A DNA stretch of 64,000 bases from Amoebophrya sp. A120 (taxonomy: Eukaryota > Protista > Dinoflagellata), in NCBI GenBank assembly GCA_905178155.1, contig CAJINV010000002.1, positions 496,376-560,375 of the forward strand. Reading direction: 5' to 3'. Position numbers and translations under genes: made by a program. Under the pieces are notes generated by a model. That model saw nothing but the letters and a program-made list of their open reading frames with translations. It did not search any database and was not told the DNA's origin. Shown piece after piece: positions 55,967-64,000 of the stretch. Numbering within the stretch: position 1 is the first letter of the stretch; each line of letters opens with the position of its first letter.

Positions 55967-57330
55967 ATGGGAGATATCCCCAAAGACATAGAAGCACGGG
56001 GCAAGGTACAAGCCGAGGAGCTTCTCGCGACCCAATTCCAAGTAGTTTGGATCGCGGAGACTAGTGCTGACGTAGCTATTAAGCCTAAGAAAGGACACAA
56101 AAAAGTTGACCGCTATTTGAGGGTCCAGCTTAAAAGCAATGAGGAAAGCATGGGAAGCTGGTGCACTTCTATGCAGACACGGCTGGAAAAAAACGCACAA
56201 AAGTACCATGATATGGTGCTACTCTGCCTGTCTTCCAACATGCCGGGAGAGGCCTTGGTGCTTGAAATACACCAAGCTAGGCCCATCCCGCCAGGCAGTT
56301 TTAGACCTGAAAAATGGATACCGCAAGCGGACGCCTTAAAGCGGTTGATGGCATGGCACCACCAAGGCAGAGGCAGCACCCTCGATGAGGCTACGCGCGC
56401 ATCCATCTGCAACGAAGGCCGCCTGGTAGAATATGAAACCAGGAAGGCCTTCGCAAAGAAAATCCAAGGGTCAAAAGTGTCCCTCAAAACAGTAGGAGTG
56501 CGCGAGTATAGTGCGATAGACTATCACTTCCAAGTCAAGGGCCTAAAGAAAACCGTGCGCGCGCAGGAGAAGGTTCTGAAGGTCAAAAAGAAGAACGGCA
56601 AGGTCATGGGGTTTACCACCAATATGACGAGGTAAGCGCATGCAATTACCGATCTAAATTCGTGCTCTCTCTACTTGCGCCTTTGTCATGTTTCCTCTTT
56701 CGATGACATGTGGAACAGCATCTAAAAGTGATAAATTAGCACCCATTCACTCCCACTTCCAATCTCTGCTCCACTTCAACAGGTCCTGCGGAACTCCATA
56801 TCACCAGACCGATGCCGATGCACTAGTGCTGCAGCTGCGCCGTTACAAGGACGACTGCAATGACCTTTACGGTACGACTATCGTGTCGTTTGCGGAGCTA
56901 GCAGAGCATGGATACGTTGTCCCGACAGGCTCAGAGTCATCGTATTTGTTATTCTGTTTTGATTCTTCTCTGCAGATGCCCAGTGGAAATCTATCTCACA
57001 TAGTCTGTAAAAATCAATGTGTTTTAGTAGTGATTTCGAAGCGGATAGTTGGGCTGTTATAAACTCAAAGTTGGCAGCTTTAGATGTGGGACCTGTTACA
57101 AGTGGAGTCGATTTACGATGCTGTAGCATTAACTATTATCGATGCGAAATAACGTATGTCAATTTTTTTTCAGGTCTTCTCACGACGTATGCGGAACTTT
57201 GAACGTATATCCTGACCATCCGGACGTACCGAACCCACGGCCCCAGGAGTGGTGCGAAAAGTGCTTGCGGAAAACGAGCAGTGACAATTTTGCGAACAAT
57301 ATTGCAGCTTTGATCAAGGCGAAGGTATAG
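55967..57330 (+). CDS. Putative tandem PD-(D/E)XK endonuclease (homing-endonuclease-like), 3 exons
   Basis: Two motif sets, ETSADVAIKP...RVQLKS and EYSAIDYHF...RAQEKV, followed by PYHQTDADAL...LAEHGYV. Canonical GT-AG intron 56632-56782 joins in frame. A probable second intron 56942-57173 leads to ...GTLNVYP...AKV*. Confidence 0.55.
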
Positions 57331-57828
57331 CAGGTAGTCTTTGGATTCTAATTCAATAATACCGATGTAAAATTTATGATTTGGAGACGATGATCGAGAA
57401 GCAGGAGGCCTACCATTCCCGACTAGTCTGCCAAAGAGTTTCATCGTTTCATGTTTCATGAACGTACCATGCTGTTTTTCTTCTTTCATCAAAGAAACAA
57501 ATATCATGTAGATCCTTTTATTATTCCATCTTAAATTTTAAATCTTGCCATGTAGTGCTGATTTCTATTTCGTTTTCTTTGCAGAAAAGAAACACAAAAA
57601 TCCTAGAATTCCATGTAGAATACGATATATTTTTTAATTTTTTTCGAAATGACTCTTGTGCTGGGCTCATCTAAACTCTGCATGAAGCAGAAACAACTTT
57701 CTAATGTTGTGTATAAAACTGTTATTTTTAACAAATAAAAATGAAACGATAATGATTTTGACAAAAGCCGAACTGTGCAAAGAAGTAAAGACTCGGAGTC
57801 TACTACTGCTGAGCAAAGTTCGGCGCGT

Positions 57829-58086
57829 TCACATCACGTTCGACAAAACGGGCATCTTCACGACCTTGATGGTGAGTTCCTCGATGGGCACCGACAGCTC
57901 CTCGTTAATCTTGTTGAAAAACTGTTCGGTGATCTTTTTCGGGCAGCCACCGATGGTCCACATGCAGGTGATGGTCTGGGCAACATTCTTGGCCTTGTGG
58001 TCATCACACCAGGACAACTTCAGCTTCTCGGTGTTGGTCCGGTTGCAGCGGAAGCAGCGGATCTCGCACAAGTTCTTGTTCTTTAA
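57829..58086 (-). CDS. Terminal exon of a small Cys-rich (zinc-ribbon-like) protein; upstream exon not resolved
   Basis: Strong GC3 codon bias, CEIRCFRC...WC...TC...GC, and an acceptor-like tttgtag immediately upstream. Confidence 0.45.
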   Translation of the reverse strand, partial: LKNKNLCEIRCFRCNRTNTEKLKLSWCDDHKAKNVAQTITCMWTIGGCPKKITEQFFNKINEELSVPIEELTIKVVKMPVLSNVM

Positions 58087-60858
58087 CTACAAAGTAGGTG
58101 GGCGCTAATTTGTATTCTCAAGCATTTCAAACGAAATTCAAAAACTTGGAAATTTCAAAATTTCATACACGACTTGTCGTGTCGTTGTCTCATCAAACAA
58201 GAAAAAACAGCAGACAGACGATGTATGTATACGGGTCCCGCAGCGCTTCGTTACTTACCTACCCCGATCACTTGAGCTTTCTTCACCGGTGCCACATGTC
58301 AAACACGAAGAGCCCCCAAAATCCGTAGCGACGCGTAGCTGCGCACTTCTGCTCTCCCGTCTGTTTCCCTGGATCACAAAAAAACACCGAGGTACCGGGC
58401 AACGACCCCAAAACCGCAACTCCCGGGCAATCGGTTCTCGAGCACTCAAACCGGGACAGAGCACGAACATCGTCAACCACTGGTGGGGCGAGATGCCCTG
58501 CTGCATTCCTGCTGTTGTCCGTTTTCGTTCGCCTTCGCCAAAACCAAATAGAGTTCTAATTCAGAAAAGGTTTGTGAGATCGCTTTCAAACCATCTGTGT
58601 GCTACTATAAAAAACGGCTCGCAACCTCGGTAAAATCTAATGAATAGCGTTTATCGTCGCCTCCTGCTACCACGAGGAAGTAAACCGAGAGCCGACGAAA
58701 CCGCGCGAGTCTATAGAGCAAAGTGAGCCTGAAAGTAATCGAAAAATCACAAAGACCCAGAAAATGGGGCATATATAAAGTTCAGTTCCCGACGACCACA
58801 CACATTTCGGTGAGAGGATAAAACGTAAGCAAGCACTCTGTGGTGCTGGCTAGGGTTCTTTCTAGGTGAGGACACAGAGGCGCTATTAAATAAATTGCAG
58901 CTGTTGTTCGAATGCGTTTTTCGATATATCTTACTTGCGGTTGGAACAAAAATAGACCAGAAAACTTCAGAGGAGAGTCGCAGCGCTCAGTTGTTTTATT
59001 TTGGAATTTCTATCAAGTGATCAAATTGGGAGTTCTAACAAAGTAGCGACCAAGCCGACGCGAGACTTTCAGTCCTCCTATAACCGCGAAACAATGGCCA
59101 CAGGAGGGCCGGACTCACTCGGAGGCGCATGCGATTTCAGGATCGCTATAAAATATTTCTCGTTTTATTTCCGGCAATGTAGCTGGTGAAAATAGAGACG
59201 GGCTTTGGCGAATGTAACGGCGAAAACGATTGTATCGTCAACGTTGTAGTCGTGTTATCTGTGGCGAAACACGGACCGGGCTAGGACCGACGACCAAAAC
59301 GAAGACCATTTTTATTTTGAAATAAAATAAGAGCGAATAAAAATACTAAGTTCTGGAAGAGTGAATTTCTAGAGACAATTGAAGAAAAGAATACGCTGGC
59401 ACTAAAGAAATAAACCCTGATGGGTTACAGCAGCCTCGCTATCGACCGAGGCCAGCAGCGAAGTCACATATAGCCCGGACCTAAAATCTGCGCTTTTTTC
59501 AGACAAGCGGCTACGGGGCACGAGGGCACCAGCGCGTTCCTGTTTGTATCCAGATTGAAAATTCATCCAACCATCACGACACAGGCATAGTGCGGATATT
59601 CTTACTTCCTATTTATCATTCAAACTCGACGACGCTGGTACTGAGAGAAGCTCGTGTTGCGCGCTCGGGTTTCATAAAATACTAACCACTAGCATAATAC
59701 GTTCGGTGCGTCCACTGGATGAGCAGCTCGAAAGCCGGCCCATCCACGACGACCAGACGCCGCCGTTTTAGATGGCAACTAGTACTCAACTAGGTTATAC
59801 TCAGAACGACAAGCAATCTATCACAACAAAAACAGATCGAAAAGAATCAAGAAAAGTCCGCGCAGTCGGTGCAGGAGTGAGTGACTGATCATTAGCTATG
59901 GGGGTAGAGGACGACTGCGGCAAGTCTGACGCCCTGTAGTTCCAGCGAAACAGCCCGAAAGGCTGCTCCGCTAGACAGGAAAATAAAATCTCTCTCCATT
60001 TCGCTACGACAGACAGAAACTTAGACAGGTCAAGTTTTAGATTAGGTTTGTGAGTACTTGGCTTCAAAATAGTAGCGACGCACCGCGATGCTTCAGGCTA
60101 ACTCTCGCAGAGAATAATGCTGAGTGGCCCATCAGAATAGGATGGCGGAAGTGGCCGGGAAAATCGAGCAAGTTCAGTCTGGAGTCGCTAATTTCTGAGG
60201 TTGGAACTTTCTGAAAGTGAAATAGGTAGAGCTGGCTGGGTGAAATAGCAAAAATACAGAAAAATAAATATCGTACGGGCCATCTCATCTACAGTTCTCA
60301 AGATTCATTTTATCGAGCCCCGAGGGACATCCATGCTGGGTGGTAGTTTGTGGAGAAGTCGATAACCTGGCGACGCAGCGGTAGCTGTCGACCCCTCTTG
60401 CACCAGATTCCTACCCGTCGTTATCTTTTCTATAGCAAACCTCGGCATCGTATCGCGACAAATTGAAACAAGATGCTGACTGCTCGTGGGTTCTAAGTCT
60501 TGCCGGAGCAAGGTTCTCAGGCCCGTTGGCAGCTTCGATCGCAATATCAACGAAGAAAAAAACGGCAAGATTGCGACACTTGTCAAAGCTGTCGTCTTTA
60601 TTCTCGAAGTAAACGGCTAAAGTTCTGTCACTTGGGCATCATGCGAGCAGTGTAACTCTCGTTTGCAAAATCAGTAGTCGTGATTAATTGACAACCGATC
60701 GTCACCGAGAAGACGCAATAGCTGCTGGCTATTTTACTTCCAAAGATGTTCATTTTCCAAAATTAACTGAAACACAACGGCAGATGTACAACAAAATCAG
60801 CTCTAGAAAAGTCTTTAAATCTGCAGATCTAACTCTGCACCATGAACGAGCAACGTTC

Positions 60859-63367
60859 TTACAGCTTCTTGCCCTTCTTCAGGACCTCCTTGTTCCCCGC
60901 GAGGCGGCCACCCGCGACCCCGGCGTTCTGGGCGGCATTGTTCCCGTTTCCACCACCGTTCGCGTTCAGCTGCGCGGCGGCAGCACGCTTGGTCGCCTTG
61001 TCCAACGCCTCCGTGTACTGGTTCGCGGCCTTTCGCTGCGTCTCGCGCAACCAGGTGCACCCGGGGTTCAGCTTGCAGACCTCGCACTCGTCCAGCAGGA
61101 ACATGATCTTGTTCGCCTTCCACTCCTTGCGGAACTTCTCCAGCTCGTCCACCTTCACCGTCACGGACTTGTTGTAGTCCGTGGCCTTCTGCATGATAGC
61201 GGCGAGATCCACCTGCAAAATCTTCTTCTGGTACAATTCCACCATGGCCCCGAGATGCTGCATCGCCGCGTGGTGATCTTTGCGCAACACGTCCACTGCG
61301 GATTTCAAAAGCGCCTGGAGGTTGGTGAGGGAGGAGACGGTGAACGTCGGCCCCATGCACAGGATGACTTTCGCGTGGGCTCCGATGTACGAGCCGACGA
61401 CACCACTTGCAGCCTTCACAAAATCCAACGCCGCAACCGGGATGGCAACGCCGACCTGCGTCGTCATCAGGGTGTAAACATGGAGGGCGTATTTCTTCCA
61501 CTCCTCATTCATCCCCGCCAAAATCTCGTCAGAGAGGGCGACCTCCGAGACGGCCTTCTTCAGGTTGATGAAGTAGTTCTTGAACTCCATGTTCAGAATG
61601 TGGCGCGCCACGCCGTGTTTCGTGCTCGGCAGAAACTTCTTCGCAAAATCTTTGATCTCCTTCTCGATCCCATCGACGATTTTGTTCAGCGGCTGCGAGA
61701 TGAACGGCTTGATGCGGTTGATGCGCGCAGTGCGATCGCCCAACATGAACAGCGACATGATGGACTCGCCATCGTCGGAGACCGCCTGGAGGATTTCGGT
61801 AACCTTGAACGCGAACTTCTTCATCTTGTCCTTGGTTGCCAACGGCGGCAGCGCGCCGTTCTGCAGCGCGATGTTGCGCAGCAACTTGACATTTTCCGCA
61901 CGCTCATCGAACGTAACACCGTTGACCACGAACGGACGCAACTTCTTTAACAGTTTGGAGGTGACACACTTGGGGTCATCAGCGATGTACTGGTCGATTG
62001 TGGCCAAGAAATCCTCGCACGAGTCGTTCACCAACTTCACGTAGGTGGTGTCCAGCACCTTCTGGAGTTCCGGAAACTCGAGCAACCTGATGAGTAAGTA
62101 GTTCCAATTTGTCATGCGCGTCTGTGAAAAGCTCTGTGATTTGTCATGCGTTTTTGTCTATGATAATGGTAATTTTTTGTCAACATGAAGACCGATTATG
62201 CCAGGAGATACGCAACACAAAATAAAATAATTCTACACACTATACCAGGTCTTGATGCAATCCAACGTCTTGAACACGGGCTTCGGCACTTTTTTAACGG
62301 CGCCCACCTTCGCGACGTCCTGCAGCTCCCCTTCCTCCGCGGTTTCAAAATCAACCACCTGCTCCGTGCCGGTCCTGACGGAGCCGTCGGAGTTGTAGGA
62401 ACGCTTGCAGCGGCAAACCTCGATAATCTGCTTGAGGACCATCATGGCCAGCTCCTCGTGGTACTCCTTCAACGGAAATTCCGCTGCCTTGGATTCGAAC
62501 GAAGAGTGGATCTTGTACAAAACTGGCCAGGACTGGGAGTTCCCGATCAAGGTCTCCCCACGCTCGAGGACCAGGGTCATCGTCGTGCTGTCCCACTGCT
62601 CAGCCTCCTCGGCGTATGCGAAGCAAATCAATTTTTTTCAGTGTTGTATCTCATCTGTCTTGCGAGTTTCACTTTCGTTTTGTTTTGGCTACGAAGTCGC
62701 GCTGCAATAAAAGATCGGGAACGCAGGTCTTTTTTTTTCTGAATATGCAAGTATGGCGACCTGCCTTGTACGAAATCACGCAGCCCCCCAATGAATAGAA
62801 ACTACAACGCCTGAAATCTTTTTTTGCATGTCATAGCACACTGAGAATCTCGAACGCATTCAGCCAGGCACCACAGTTCAGCGCCTCCATCAACAAGGTC
62901 GCCTTCCGCACAAGTATGCAGGGGGTGAAAAAACAAAAGCACCTATACGAAAAATATGACAGCCGCCAACTCACATGTGAACACCGGCAGAGCATTACAA
63001 ATATAATCTGCATGACATAGAGCATAGAAATGTGGGCGATGTCATACTTCTCAATGTAGATGCTTTTCAAAAGACATCGCATACTTGACTCCGAGACGTC
63101 GGTGCCCAGAGCCCCGAACAGGTTTACGGCCTCACGCAGATTGCCCATGTCGGCGGACTCGTTGATCCAGTCCCGCTTGATATTGGACAAGTTGTACGAC
63201 TTCTTGCGCACAACCGCCCGCGCCTCCTGTTTCACATCCGTGTCGACTTTGTATCCCGGCAGCCCGCAGTCCAGAGCGAACTTGTCCGTGGTCGGGGTAG
63301 TGCCGTGGCGCTTCAGCTTGTTCTTCCCCCCGGCATTTCCAGTGCCGGCGTTGTTTCGCTTCGACAT
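60859..63367 (-). CDS. Hypothetical protein (~650 aa, mostly helical), 4 exons
   Basis: ORFs 62831-63367, 62233-62631 and 60859-62115 have strong GC3 bias. They join in frame through introns ~62915-63083 and ~62615-62835 (TAT..ATA type) and 62087-62245 (GT-AG). Confidence 0.7.
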
Positions 63368-64000
63368 CTGCTAGTGCTGGATTTGTGGAAGAGGAGATGG
63401 TCTGGCAGTACGAAGCCAAGGCTGTTGCGCAGGAGAGGTTCAAACTCGGCGACCCGCGAAAGACTTCGGTGAGAGCGGCCGGTGTGCTATAGTTGCTGAT
63501 CAATGCGAGAGAAGAAACTGAAGGCCCAGGCGAAGATAGACGCTCGCAGACCGTCGCGGTTCTTTGATTGATGGTTCTGCTTTGAGTAGTAGTCCTTGCT
63601 TGCAGTCCCGCTATCGAGACTCCTACGCTGCACTACTATGCTTACCAGGACACTGGGTTTTCAACTCTGTCAAACAAGATTGATTTTACACGGAGCGGTT
63701 TTGGGGTCTTTCTGAAATTCGAAACCGAAACACCTTGCGACTTTTCTATAAGCAAGCACACTGCTGATTGCACTTAAGTCTTCGACTCGGTCCGAGAACT
63801 AGTCTTCTCTACTTTGTTTGCGATTTTGCGTGTGCCGTTTTTCGTCCCTCACAGGTACCGAGCGATCTCGCCTGAGTAGTTACTTAGTAATGCTTTGTTT
63901 GGCAAAGATATGCGACTCCTCACTACCGTTGCAAAACCTCTACAGTATATGTGCGCACGGATACTGGGGGTGGGGGCTGATGCCGAGAGTCGTCTCAGTG

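Noticed and set aside
60688-61950. 420-aa plus-strand ORF
   Set aside because: Antisense shadow of the GC3-rich minus-strand exon 60859-62115.
1-64000. An autonomous DDE transposase partner for the introners
   Set aside because: No recognisable DDE transposase or tyrosine recombinase ORF bounded by TAT..ATA ends was found in this window.

Overview
Eukaryotic genomic DNA, most likely from the parasitic dinoflagellate relative Amoebophrya (Syndiniales). This is inferred from the intron architecture, not from a database hit. Six minus-strand gene models are interrupted by about 50 short (109-341 bp) introner elements from about 8 sequence families. Almost all read TAT...ATA, have terminal inverted repeats (TIRs), are flanked by a 5-bp direct repeat (DR) and share an internal GCATBACAAAT-like motif. 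Removing the element plus one DR copy restored the reading frame at every clear element junction I translated by hand, although most junctions are not GT-AG. Reconstructed genes: an exostosin/GT47 glycosyltransferase, a secreted coiled-coil protein with 12 introner introns, a Thr/Gly/Gln-rich membrane-anchored protein, a large degenerate RNB (Dis3L2/Ssd1-like) protein, a large low-complexity protein and a coiled-coil GAS2/GAR-domain protein. The window also holds an apparently intact RTE-like LINE with one 3823-aa ORF and a 5'-truncated LINE fragment. An introner-poor block after 55.3 kb begins at a broken introner end and encodes a putative tandem PD-(D/E)XK endonuclease plus two unknown proteins. 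All coordinates were read by eye and may be off by a few bases.
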